DNA of 63,692 nt, counting the filler, from Sphacelaria rigidula (Eukaryota): the NCBI GenBank assembly GCA_964200075.2. It is 8 parts of 8 records of this genome, joined end to end, with 100 filler letters (N's around TTAATTAATTAA, not from the genome) between each part and the next. Parts side by side here need not be neighbours in the genome. Positions count along the whole stretch, not along the records: positions 31,897 to 39,770 come from CAXNAA020013147.1; positions 39,871 to 47,744 come from CAXNAA020013148.1; positions 47,845 to 55,718 come from CAXNAA020013149.1; 5 more parts are not named here. The stretch is one strand, 5' to 3'. Under the pieces are notes generated by a model that was given only the letters and a program-made list of their open reading frames with translations, made no database searches and had not been told where the DNA came from. The translations under genes and the position numbers were made by a program. Of this stretch, positions 37,146-49,014 are shown in pieces (position 1 is the first letter of the stretch; each line of letters starts with the position of its first letter).

Positions 37146-39208
37146 CGAAAATACCAGAAAACTAGAACCTAGGATTGCACTTTCGCAGGACCCCAGAAGA
37201 TCGGTCAAGCCCGTAAGTCACTGAATATTGATCGCCGATATTTTTTCCTTCAATATTTGTCAAAAGGATAAAAATGTCTACAGATGCCAATTTTTTGGCA
37301 TCCAACAGTCACTGTGATAAGCGGCGGCAAGCGAAACAAATTTGGAAAATCTTTGAAAAACTAAGAAATTACGATTTCTGCATACTTCTGACTCTGACTA
37401 CTGTACATGAAGCGGATCGACGACTAAGATCGCACGTCATGCAATGAACGGCACCGACTGTACTGCGGCTGTACTCTATTAATAGGGGGATCGCTCCATG
37501 TGCGAGACAATTAATCAAAACAATTACTGTAGTAGGTGGGTGATTCTTCATCAGTTTACTCGTGCGATGCGCTGAAGCTCTCTGCTGGACTACTACTTTC
37601 GCTACTTTCACTACTACAGGACCACGGCTGCACATGTAAACAACGTTTCGCGCAAGATAGCTCCATGAAAGTAGAAGGGCTGCGTGCGCTGGTGTTAACT
37701 CAATTCTCGACAACCAGGTACGTGTTGACAATCATAAAATATTAATAAATGCCATCCCTTGAACGTCTTAGCAGCTCAGGAGGACCAAGTGAAACTTTCA
37801 TCCCGCAACTCTGCACTAGATTGGTGCAAAGCTGAGAGTTTTGAATGATCGCCATCCCGACTCGACGGTTCTTCTTCAGTTATGAGGTTTGATAGATTGG
37901 TTTACCAACTATCGCACATTAACTTATCCGTGAGGGACCGACTCAGCCGTCTTCACAAGACAGAATCCGAAGCCGAAGCCTCCAAGGCGAACAAAGCGAA
38001 AAACATCTGAAGGAAACTTGAGAAGAGGGAAGGGGGGTACTTATTCATTGCTTGCCTTAGTCGTTTGACTATTGACTACGCACCCCTTCCGAGACGGAGC
38101 GCTATTCCTACTCTTCATGAAGACACCTCCAACATTCCGATGCTCATTGTGTTTTCTTCACACACAACATTTTACATATCTCATCCCCGTCGGGGGGAAG
38201 GGGGGCGTACTTACTTGTTGCTTTCCCAAGTCTTTTAACCATTTATCACGCATCCCTTCCGAGACGGAGCAAAAACTTAAGAAAAGGAGAGAGAACACGA
38301 AGAAAGATGGAACGAATGGCGTGAACTCGCCATAACGTTTCGATGGCCAATACTGCTCACGACTGATGCGTCTAGTTTTTTCGGAGGTACATGCTTGTGT
38401 TTCGTGCCCCGAAACGTCTCATCGGACAGATAACAATACTTACAGGTTGCACGATCACAGCGTAACACACACATCATCCTATGAAACGGGAACTAATGTG
38501 TATGGTTGGGGAGAATATTCCAAGTCTCCCCACCCGCACGCCGCCAAGCTTTCACATGACAAGCTTTGAACCTGGACAAACGATTACATTGTCAAAAAGT
38601 ATACTGCGTACAGTATCGACTACTGCGCCTGTTGCAATGGGCAAAATAAATCATTCTGTACTCAGTGCATTTTTCTACATTGCAATCTACTGTCTAGGGT
38701 GTCAAGTATACATCGCGTAACTCCGCTGGGCCATGGCTAACGTGCTAAACACGTGTAAATATCACAACCTGCGACATAATTTTCCCAAAAGGTGACAAAA
38801 ATCGGCCGACCAGACAGGGAGAGAGGCGGGTAGGGTAACGTAGGGTCGGTCCATTGAGCGTATCATGCAGTTAGAAATATGTGTCATGCATAACCCCATC
38901 CACAACGAGTGGCCGAGATACCTCCGGGCACAGAGCAACGCGTGTACACACGAAGAAAAACAAAATAACTGCTTTGTCGCCCAATGATTTCGCTCCTTTT
39001 TTCCTCACCGGAGGGCAGCCAGACGTAAATGGGACGGATCATGGCGAACCATAACCCCTTTCACGAACTGCGCTTCGTACTCCATATCTGCTCCGCGCCA
39101 ACCTGACGTCGCTCCACTGCTGCCGCTGGAGTTATCTGGTGGTCGCTGGACTGGTCTCGACGTATCAGTCTGTCGGGTTTTTTGTCGTTATTGTTGTTCG
39201 GGGATGGG

Positions 39209-39560
39209 AGGGGGGGGGTAGTCATGATCTTGCATGCCGCAGCCATATGATCATTGACCTCGCATCCCTACAAACCTGTGACGGAGCACGCCGGGTTTTT
39301 GCCGGACCAGGCTCGCAATCAGTCACCAAGCGCAAAGCGTCGTGATGTGTTCAACGGGTCGCACAAAGGGTGAGCTGCATCCTGCGAAGCTTGTTCGGCG
39401 CGAAGCCTACTGATTATCTGGCATTTGGATGACAGCCTCCGATGAGATGCTTCGTTTTCTGGCATCGCCACTTCCAGAGACAGCCACAGATGTCATACTG
39501 CCTCATGGGTGTCTCAACTTCCCTTTGCGCGGAGTTGAGGTTTTCCCACTCCGCACAAAA
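39209..39560 (+). mobile_element. End of a high-copy interspersed element beginning with a G run (further copies at 39697+, 40470-, 40627-, 47668+, 55690+)
   Basis: GGGGGGTA(C/G)TCATGATC(A/T)TGCATGCC..AG.CATATGA...TGACCTCGCATCCCT; about 350 bp align with 40470-40120 on the minus strand. Confidence 0.75.
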
Positions 39561-39770
39561 TGATCTAGCTTCACCACCACCATGGTTGCCGCAAAGACAA
39601 GCAAGCGCGAAAAAATAAACAGTGACCAAATTGCCTAGCTTCCGCAGTGATCGGCGTGTTTGACAACTTCATTGCCAACCGACGCCAGCCCCATACGGGG
39701 GGGTGTACTCATGATCATGCATGCCATAGCCATATGACCGCTGACCTCGCATCCCTACAAAGCCGGGACG

Positions 39771-39870
39771 NNNNNNNNNNNNNNNNNNNNNNNNNNNNNN
39801 NNNNNNNNNNNNNNTTAATTAATTAANNNNNNNNNNNNNNNNNNNNNNNNNNNNNNNNNNNNNNNNNNNN
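39771..39870. other. Artificial contig spacer
   Basis: N/TTAATTAATTAA/N, 100 bp. Confidence 0.98.
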
Positions 39871-42800
39871 CCCCCCCCCCCCGGGGGGGAGGGCGGGGAA
39901 ATGGTCTACAGCACACGAAACAGGAGAAACATAGGGCCCCCCCCCCCCCCCCCCTTCTCCCGACTCCATGAGGGTTGGCATCGGTGGACAACGACGCTGT
40001 AAAACACGCCACTCACTGTGTAAGTCAGGTGACTAGATCACCTTATTCATTTTAGCTTGCATATTTTTGGCGGCAACCATGATAATGGTCGAGCTGGATC
40101 ATATTGTGCGGGGTGAAGAACCTCAACTCCGCGCAAGGGGATGGTCGTATTACGCAGTCTTTACATGGTAAACCACCCATGAAGCATTGTGTAACCCGTC
40201 GCTGTTTCTGAAAGTGGCGACACCAGAAAATGAAGCAGCTCATTGGAGGCTGTCGCCAATGTGCAAGATAACCAGTACGCTTCAGACCGAACAGTGTCGA
40301 GAGGATGCAGCTCACCCTTCATGCAGCTCGCCGAACAGATCACGGCGATTCGCGCTTGGTGATTGATTGCGAGCCTGGTCCGGCGAAAACTCGGCGTGCT
40401 CCGTCTCGCCATTGTAGGGATTCGAGGTCAACGGTCATATGACTACGGCACGCAAGACCGTGAGTATGCCCCCCCCTCCCCCCCCCCCCCCCCCCCCCCC
40501 CACCCCCCCCCCCACACACCCCCACCCCAAACAACACCACGCGAGCGCCGCGGAGACCACGCCGCACCACAGAGCCACCCCANNNNNNNNNNATATGACT
40601 ACGGCACGCAAGACCGTGAGTATGCCCCCCCCCCCCCCCCCCCCGGCTGTACCGAAGACCCCGAAACATATATCACACAATCAGATCTGGCGTCGGTAGC
40701 AGACGGGGAACATCCCCGCGAAAGGTTATCTCGCTCATCGAGGGCCGAGGGGCGCGGGAAACAGACTATCGTGACATTATTTTCATTGATTTGTTGTCGT
40801 AAAACGACTGGAAATGCGAATCGTAGGACCAATGTTCCCCTGTCCGCATTCCCTCCTCCTCGCAACACCACATGAACATAACGCACGAATAATGCAGAGT
40901 GTACATTGCCAACAGTCCATCGGACTCAATACCTCGACCATGTCGAGGTCAAAGTTCATCCGCAGAACATTCCCCATGACAAACGACTTGCTACAAACTA
41001 CTGAATCCCACGACAGGTTTACTCTCTCCAGGACGAACAACTAGGGTACTCTCCGCACTCATTCAACGAATCTAGCTTTTACAGCGAGAGCATAGACGCG
41101 GTGCCGACGATAGTCAGTCTTCCGCGGAAGCTCAGATCTTTTATACATGAGATATTTTACACTAAAAAACATGCGTTACACTCTGCGCAAACGGTAGATG
41201 TCACCATCGCACGTTCCCGCGAACCACAAAGAGCAGGGCAGAGGAGATGCATACCTGAGTTTGATGTGCACCCGTTGCTTACTCTTCCCTACAAAGGGCG
41301 GCAACGACGGAGATGAAACTACACGGGTGGCCACTGGGGTGCCTGCAATATCAAATTTGGACGTTACAGACGTTGCACAAGGTCTGCAACGTCCGGATTT
41401 AAGGTTACAGGCACTCCAGTGGCCACCAGTGTACTAACCGCTCAACGTATATGCCCACTTACTCCGACTACTGGACGGGGATGGTAAACCCGCCACTCCC
41501 ACACGACCAAGGGTGATAGTTGCACACAGGTCGAGCTTTCGTACGTGAATGATTTCGAGTTTTCCATGCCAAAACGAAGGAAATATGATGGGGGTGTTGT
41601 CTTGCGCAGCCTAGCTACATAAATTCCGCGTTCGAACATCAGTCTGTCACATGCCCAAAACGTGTTAGGTCAACCCGCTATGGTCGGACTAGGTGGAGCA
41701 GCAAGTCCCTGGTCCTCGACGAGTACATTGCTACATCAAGGCATGACGTCGTTCAGGTACGAGCTTGCGGGTGGCGGCACGCGGCAAAGCTGTGCGTGCT
41801 GGTGGAGAGGGAGAACCTCACGGCATCGTGTCTCCCATAGTGTCACCCCCGCGCCATACACCTGTAATGATAATTCAGCGATTGAAGGGAGAATATTGTC
41901 CCATCACGTGCAAGGCGTGGGGAACGGAGACGTAGACTGCACTGGACTGCAACCACGAACAGGTTCCTAGACGAGGCCACTCCTATTAACAGTGATGGGG
42001 AGGATGCAAAGTGTTGCCCGAACGACGGGGGGGCCGTGGATGTCACGTGCATCGACATATTATTCAGGACGTACGCATTTACCCCGGGAGGTGTCGCCCA
42101 TCCACCGGAGCAACGCTGTATATCGCCGTCAAGGCCATTCCGAGTTCTCGTGACTGACTCGAGCAACGTCTCAAAGTGGCTCTTGCCGAGAATGTTTCGG
42201 TTTCGAAATTCCCTCCCCTCTTTCCACGGGATGGCTGCCAACTTGAATACCGAGAGGTAGTACGTACCCGCTCAAGGGCGTCAAAGGGGAAGGCAGAGTT
42301 AACAGGGTTCACAACACATTTTAGCTGTCACAGAAGATGATGTGGCTCCGCCCAGGTGTTTCTGGTGCAGAGGATCAAAGCGCCTCATTTAGTTCTCTCC
42401 TCCGAAGCTGATCGGTCACAACCGCTATTGCCTCGAGCACCTCAATGAGACCACGTCTTTGTTAAAAACACCCCGCGCCCCCCTGCCCCCGGGTACAATA
42501 GTCGTAATCACACTTGAGACATGTGCGCCTGTGAAATGTGTTGAGAATCTATCGTATAGTAGTGTGTCGGCCTGGTGAAAGGTTCATCGAGAGCAACTAT
42601 CATATGTGCGTGAGGATATGGCCGTTCATGACGCATACGTATTGTGGTATACGTTCAAGTGAATTTTATAGTGTGTTATGCCAAAAAATAAACTAGTAGA
42701 GTGAGAGGCAAATGGTGAAGTTGATCACACCTAAATCAGTTAGGCGCTTCTAGGTATGTGCTACGTAGATTCTGTGGCAGCTTATGTGCTACGTTCAGCT

Positions 42801-43391
42801 CACCTCCCACTGAAGTGCTAAAAAAGTGGAGTTGAAAACTGACACCAGTGTAGGATCCATATGTTTCAGCACCGCTGTCGACCTAATCGGAGACCTATAA
42901 CGGGCACGAAAGGCAAACGAGAAACGAGAAATCTGTGATTCGTCTTTGACATACTACAATGGTAAACCAGGTGGTCGTGAAATCCAATTATCTCTTATAT
43001 TCTTTTCTGGTTGGGAAATGTTGACGGGTTTTGCAGTATTAACCTGAATGACAGAGTGCTTAGTCATGGTATCTTGAAGAAACCTTGAAGCCACTTCCAT
43101 ATCTCTGTCAGTATGCCGTGGGTAGTGATTTTACCCGACGAACATAGGGCGGACTTATAAATCCGGCTCTTGAAAAGAATCAGTTCCTCTTCCGTGTCGC
43201 CGACTGATTGTGATCGTTGGCGGATCCGGTACCACTTGGCCGTAAGTTTCTGTGTGGAGAAAAGGCACGCCGTCGGGTTTCACTCAATGATGCAGGTGAA
43301 AACTGCATAAACGGTGAAATGATCCATGATCAGAAAATATTCATAGGGGCTGGTCATCAATAACACTGTGCAACTATATATTTATTTAGTT

Positions 43392-43688
43392 TTGTGCCGC
43401 ACTTTGAACCCCTCCACTTTCTCGGGAAGAATCCGTGGTCTCAAGGGATCAATTCCTCTCTCCCTCGGTACGCGCCTTGCATTTTGGTCTCGCAGATTGG
43501 GTCAGCACTCCCGCATCGCGTCAACTCACGTCAAACAAACACTCAGTCGACTACTTTGCTTACTCACGTTCTCACGCTTTCGACGGTGTAAATCAGATAT
43601 ATCGAAGAAAAAACCCAACGCATCGGGAATCGAACTCTCGTTCTCTCCACCCTGATGGCGACAGTCGGACTATTACGCCACCAGGGCG
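43392..43688 (-). mobile_element. tRNA-derived SINE
   Basis: Head has A-box-like TGGCGTAATAGT and B box GTTCGATTC; body homologous to 58610-58870. Confidence 0.75.
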
Positions 43689-44012
43689 CGGCAGCGATCA
43701 ATCTGTCATACGAAAGATAGTGGCAACCTACAAGTGACGACATTCAGTGTGTTTCTAGATTACAGAATACGTGTGATACATAATCTTAGTCTACTGCAGT
43801 GGGTGGTGGTGTTGTAGATGTGAAAAGCACACAGGCGAGTGGCACACCATACAATTGAACCGTTGGCCTATCGCACCCAACCTCCGTGCAACTTTTAACG
43901 TCTCCACGAATGATCTTGTTGTTAACGCTATGTAGCGTACCAAGTAGGGGTGCAAAAAGGTACCAATCACACGAGTATCGGTGAATTATCAGTATGCTAC
44001 CACTGAGGGCAC

Positions 44013-44180
44013 TTGCGTGTTTTCTGCCGCTGTTCGCTGCGTGCTCCACAGGTCCGGCAACAGGTTTTCCGAGTCCATCAAGTGGTGCAATACCTCGATG
44101 AAGCCATCGTACTGCCCCACAACACCAACCACCCAGAACTTTTCCAGGTGCTGGACTGCATTATCTCTCCATATACTAGA
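44013..44180 (-). CDS. Sulfotransferase-like fragment, exon 3
   Basis: CAG|SSIWRDNAVQHLEKFWVVGVVGQYDGFIEVLHHLMD...AENT resembles the A..nL..f.vVG..E.f...l..L segment of Golgi-type carbohydrate sulfotransferases; phase 0. Donor is GT at 44012 or GC at 44016. Confidence 0.75.
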
Positions 44181-45205
44181 CTGCTCGGTTCACAACGAGG
44201 GCGTCGAAGCGAGGGGATCGAAGGGCATACGATTGGAGTGAGGCGAAGGAGTTAGAGCCCGTGTAACATGGTAGAGGATGTTCGAGACGAAAGCAGCAAT
44301 ATCATCAAACTCTTGTCCGAACGTATTCTTAGATGCAGGTGAGACGAGCTACAAAGCGTTGGACGTGGAGCACACGGTTCTTCTTGTCGTTTCAAGGATC
44401 TCAACGTTCACGCTCACTTCGTGCACCGAAACTGCTCTACTGGACGTTCACATGCTATCAACCACCCAACTACGATGCCCTCGCAGATATCGGGCTTCTC
44501 GTGAAAACGCTCGGAATACTACGGAGAGGAAGATCAGTTTATTGCTCTTCTTTCGAATTGCCTTTCTCATTAATATTTTCGGGCCCGAAGGCAAGAGAGA
44601 GAGAGAGACGACTGCTTGTAGGGCACGATCTCTGAACCCTTCTGCCATAGACTATCGTGTCTCTGCTCATGAAAACTGTCTCCCTCTCTCCCTTAAAACA
44701 ACCAGGGAGACACATAAACGCTCCTAATGTACGTGAACATCTCAAACGATCAAGCCCCCAAATGGTACGCTACCATTCCTTCACCCTATTTCAAGCAATC
44801 CCTTTCCCCTCCCTTCCACCTTCGAAAGAAAACGGGTAGGTAGGCGGGAAAAAAAGCGCACCTTATCGATAAAACTTGTTGGCCCCTGTCGAACTGGCCC
44901 AACTCCTTCTATGCTCTCTCTGTCCACCTTTTGTGTCTCCAACCTACGCTGATTTTCGTCTCCTTGTTTTGACTATCCGTGGACTTTCCCGCAAAGTGAA
45001 CGCTTGGGGCTGATTATTCAACTGTTCCTCCGTGACCCTCAAAAAGCGACTGAAATAATAAAAAGGAGGCTGACTATTTGACTGTTCCTCCGTGACCCTA
45101 AAAGAGCGACTGAATTAAGAGGCGCCTCTTTGGCCAATTCGATGTTTGCAATAAACGATGGTTTGCTTCTTTCTGAACAAACCTCCCCTTATGTCGGCTT
45201 CTTAC

Positions 45206-45465
45206 CTGGTACTCAGTAAGGTTGCCCGCATCTCCATCCAGTTGCTGGTCTACCAGTCGACGTAAGAAGCCGCCGTCTATCCCAAGTTCACCCTGCCGAA
45301 CCATTGCAAGGCGTGTCTCCATGGCCATCGTCACCCAAGCCGTAGCCTTCTTGAGAGTACGCGTTTCGTCTCGGTGCATGAACTGCTGTGCCGAAACCAT
45401 CAGTTCTAGTGGATTTCGCAGAGTTGTGACCATGAGGTAAGGCTTCGTGGTGAATTCTTGGAAAC
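45206..45465 (-). CDS. Sulfotransferase-like fragment, exon 2 (3'-phosphate-binding motif)
   Basis: CAG|(G)FQEFTTKPYLMVTTLRNPLELMVSAQQF...LTEYQ|GTAAGA; LR(N/D)P.e..vS is the 3'-PB motif. Confidence 0.82.
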
Positions 45466-46074
45466 CTGACAGGGCGTATTCGCGTACGGGACATCAGGCG
45501 CCAATGTGAATTCCTGATAGCCTGCGCTCTTTAAAATGAGGTGCGATAAAGTTTGGAGTAGGATACCATGTTACGCTCGAGTTCTCGACTGTGCCTCTCC
45601 CGAGCCCGGACGTTCATGACGCAAACGTGTGCTAAGTGGACGGCGGTGCTCTTTATTCTGCTCTAGCACACTTTCGAAGTCTGGTGGGGACATGCGCGCG
45701 ACGGCACAGTGGATAGCATACGCACGGTGACTTCCTCGAGGGATTTGTAGCGTATCTCGGGAATCATTTCCCGTGATCCCTGCGAACACTCCGAAGGTTT
45801 GGTATCGGAAAGTGCTTCAGGGTGCGCCGGCATTCGTATGATGCTACAGGTTTCAAGGATCTCGGCAGCCATGGCCCTGCCGACGACAAAAAGCGTGTCG
45901 ATGTACGAAATGCTGCAATGATATGTCTTCAATTGTAACATGTGCGCGATGTTGACGTGGTACGTAAACGCGTGGGTATGAAGGAGCACTTAATGAGCTA
46001 GGCATCATGCTCACTTACTGGCTTGGGCACCTGTAGATCAAGAAACTGGTGGATGTTGCGAAGTCTTCACTCAC

Positions 46075-46177
46075 CCCAAAAAAAGTGCCCAGCCAAGACC
46101 TTCTGCGCCTTGACAAACGTCAATTGTTCATCTGTTTCGATGAGCGTGTTGTTGATGTCCAGGCATACCGTGGAATG
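46075..46177 (-). CDS. Sulfotransferase-like fragment, exon 1
   Basis: CAG|HSTVCLDINNTLIETDEQLTFVKAQKVLAGHFFW(G)|GTGAGT; phase 1 joins exon 2 to give the GHFFWG motif. Confidence 0.8.
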
Positions 46178-47744
46178 CTGCATTTATCATAGTTGAAGGT
46201 GACGCAGGACACATGATCGCAGGAAATCGACGTGAAATTAGGCACCACTCCCTGAAACACGCAGGTACTGAAAAAGTGACCAGTTAGTGTTTCCCGCCAA
46301 AAGGAAGCAGCGGCACAAGACGGCCAACCGGAGAAAACACTTTTTTACTGCGTAATGCTTCCAGACGTCTAGGGCTAACGCACCATGTAGGCATAGATAG
46401 GCAAACACAGTGTCAAGTGGAGAGCGCAAACCCCAGAACGTTCGTCAGGATATTAGTATGCTACATGTACGATATTGGCCTCATCCGTTCCAACCAAACC
46501 CGGATAAAAACGCACCTGGCGCCAACATCCAAGCTGTGCCCATAACAAACAGTTTTTATTCAGATCCTTAGTCCCATGGTTGTCCTCAAACATATAAGTT
46601 TGTACACTTTACGCCCGCCGGCATAACTCTCCGTTGAGAAACCGACAACACCACTGTCGCGAACACCTCCTCCTTTGCCGCACTGGCCTTCGCGAAATAT
46701 CCCTTCGCCGTGGTCGAGCGAGTCAAATATTTCTGTGTGCTACAAGTGGCAAATACTGCCGCTCCTCAAAAAGCATAGCCACATCCGAAACAGAACACCT
46801 ATCACTCGTATTTTTCGGGTAGCCCGCGTCAGTATACATTAGAAAAATGATGGGCGCTTTCTCAAGCGTTGTCCCGTGGCTCCCCATGTGGTTTTGGCTG
46901 TTCAACGATTTCATCACCCCGCTCCAGTGGTCCTCGCACAGATCATGCGAATGGCGCACCTGTGTTCGAACTACGTTAGCTACAGCCGGGCTAATCACCT
47001 CAGGTAGGTACGTGGCACCTTCTACCGCATAGCGCAAAGGATGGTCGCAGAAATATTGCAGATTGTTTTCTCGCCCATGGCCGGACCTGATATCGCCATG
47101 CTGTCCTCGCTGGAGTTATCCATATCCTCAGTCTCAAGCAAGTAAAGCGAGTTCTTCGAGGTCCTCCTCAAGCATCATCACGTCCACATGGCCAACCTCT
47201 TGATCAGACGCTAGTGCTATCATGTCTCTAACCTGATATTCATCCTCCACGAACCCCACCATCATCTCCTTCGTGGTCGATGTCATGACTGCTACCTTGT
47301 CTTCGTCCTCATTCGGCGTCCGCTTTGGTCGCCCTAGGCGTCTTCCCGGGAGTGGGTGTCACCCTGGGTTGTCCACTACGTGTGTATCCTGTCGCTTTCA
47401 AAGTTCGTGACAGCCAGATGTCGTTCCCGAAAAGATGACATCGTTCCGGCGTTGACAATTTGTGAAACTTCATCACCTCTCCTTACTGTCCTGCTCGGAG
47501 AAAAGTTGGGAAAGCCTTTTGTAAGCGCCGGTGAAGACTTGCTATCGCCTAGCCCGCGAACGGCCGCATCGCTGCCGGTTACAGCAGAATGGTTTGGGAT
47601 TTGCGTTCCGTTCCCTTCCGCCATCAACGGGGTTTGCCCGAGTCGCTCTATCCGCTGGGCGTTCATGAGGGGGTGTACTCATGATCATGCATGCCATAGT
47701 CATATGACCCTTGACCTCGCATCCCTCAAACCGGGACGGAGCAT

Positions 47745-47844
47745 NNNNNNNNNNNNNNNNNNNNNNNNNNNNNNNNNNNNNNNNNNNNTTAATTAATTAA
47801 NNNNNNNNNNNNNNNNNNNNNNNNNNNNNNNNNNNNNNNNNNNN
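47745..47844. other. Artificial contig spacer
   Basis: N/TTAATTAATTAA/N, 100 bp. Confidence 0.98.
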
Positions 47845-49014
47845 GCTGCACAGGGTTCTCCACAGTCTTTGTGAAAACCCCTGTGTAGTATTTGCAAACC
47901 CTAGTACCTGTAATAGCATTTTGCATAGCGTTTTTGTCGAAACCCTGCAAGCAACCCTGTGGAGAGGTCTTCCCAATTTGGAAAATTCCAAATCATTTTG
48001 GTACAAAATGTGTAAATTTGTTTCTTGGAATAGCGCTTCCTGCTGTCTGAGATAAATTCCTTTTTGCCCGATTTGAATCGGGCGAAAAGGAATTTATCTC
48101 GGACAGCAGGAGAAGCTATTCAAACTAGATCCTTTTTTTCGCCCAACTTATTTGGGAAAAAAAAGGATATATTTCGAACAGCAGAAGAAGCTGTTCGAAA
48201 TAGTCATTATTTCGCCCGATATAAATGGGCGAAAAAAAAGATATATTTCGAACAGCTTCTTCTGCTGCGCAAATCCCATGCAGACTGGCAGATTTGGAAT
48301 TTGAACAGCAGAAGAAACTCGAAATAAATCTTTACTTTGCCCTCCAATTCATCTGGAAATTGGGCAAAAAGAGATGTATTGCGAACAGCGTCAGCTGGGC
48401 ATATCCCGCATACTGCACCGTTATCAGCGTATGGGATCCGACAAGCAGAAAAAATTCTTGAAAATAATTCATCCTTTTGCCCCCCGGTCCATGCGCATGG
48501 GCTAAAGGATGAATGATTCTCAACAGCTTTTGCGGAGTGGAGATCCTACACACTGATTACGATCGAGTGTATGTCCACACGTATACGACTTTAGATACGA
48601 CACTTCCGCTCAAGACGTGGATATTGGATAGACGGTATATACCTCGCATATCACTTCAAATTGCTTTTGAAAACCCCGTGGTCCGCAGTCTACCAAAATC
48701 ACTCAACCGAGTATGCTTTTGTTTAGAGAGGTTTTTGTTTGATAGTTATTAGAAGCACAAAATATTTTTGTCGCACACAATAAATCAGGTAGCTCAATGG
48801 GCAAGCTGACGTACTCCCGAGCACAAAATCGTGAGCTCAATTTTCATCCCTGCCATTTCTCGACCGCCCTACACTCAAATCCCCGCGAGGAACCCTGCAC
48901 AGTTTCCCTGAACCCTGTGAAGCGTCCTGTGGGGCGCAAAATAAACTACAGCCAGATCCCCGCGAGAAACACTGCACAGTTTCCCTGAACCCTGTAGACG
49001 TTCCCCACAGGGTG
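47845..49014. mobile_element. Probable DNA-transposon end with subterminal direct and inverted repeats, abutting the copia gag
   Basis: Repeated ACCCTG(T/C) and CTGCACAGTTTCCCTGAACCCTGT motifs; ACAGCAG(A/G)AGAAGCT units with TTCGCCC...GGGCGAA hairpins (48060-48330); ends CACAGGGTG. Confidence 0.5.

Larger units (their letters stand above)
40700..47667 (-). mobile_element. Decayed Mutator-like element (MULE transposase plus Ulp1/C48 peptidase remnants)
   Basis: Colinear minus-strand remnants: GRPKR AT-hook (~47330); C...HSHDL zinc ribbon (~46950); QRR...YMFEDNHGT (~46580) and LVGTD (~46490) around the first catalytic Asp; TIF.TD (~43715); HRLCSFH CxxH motif (~43305); frameshifted QTD..(C)GIYVA (~41630). 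Many stops. Confidence 0.65.

Noticed and set aside
43610-43688. Possible tRNA gene
   Set aside because: It has A/B boxes but no convincing cloverleaf, and continues into a body shared with 58610-58870, so it is treated as a SINE head.
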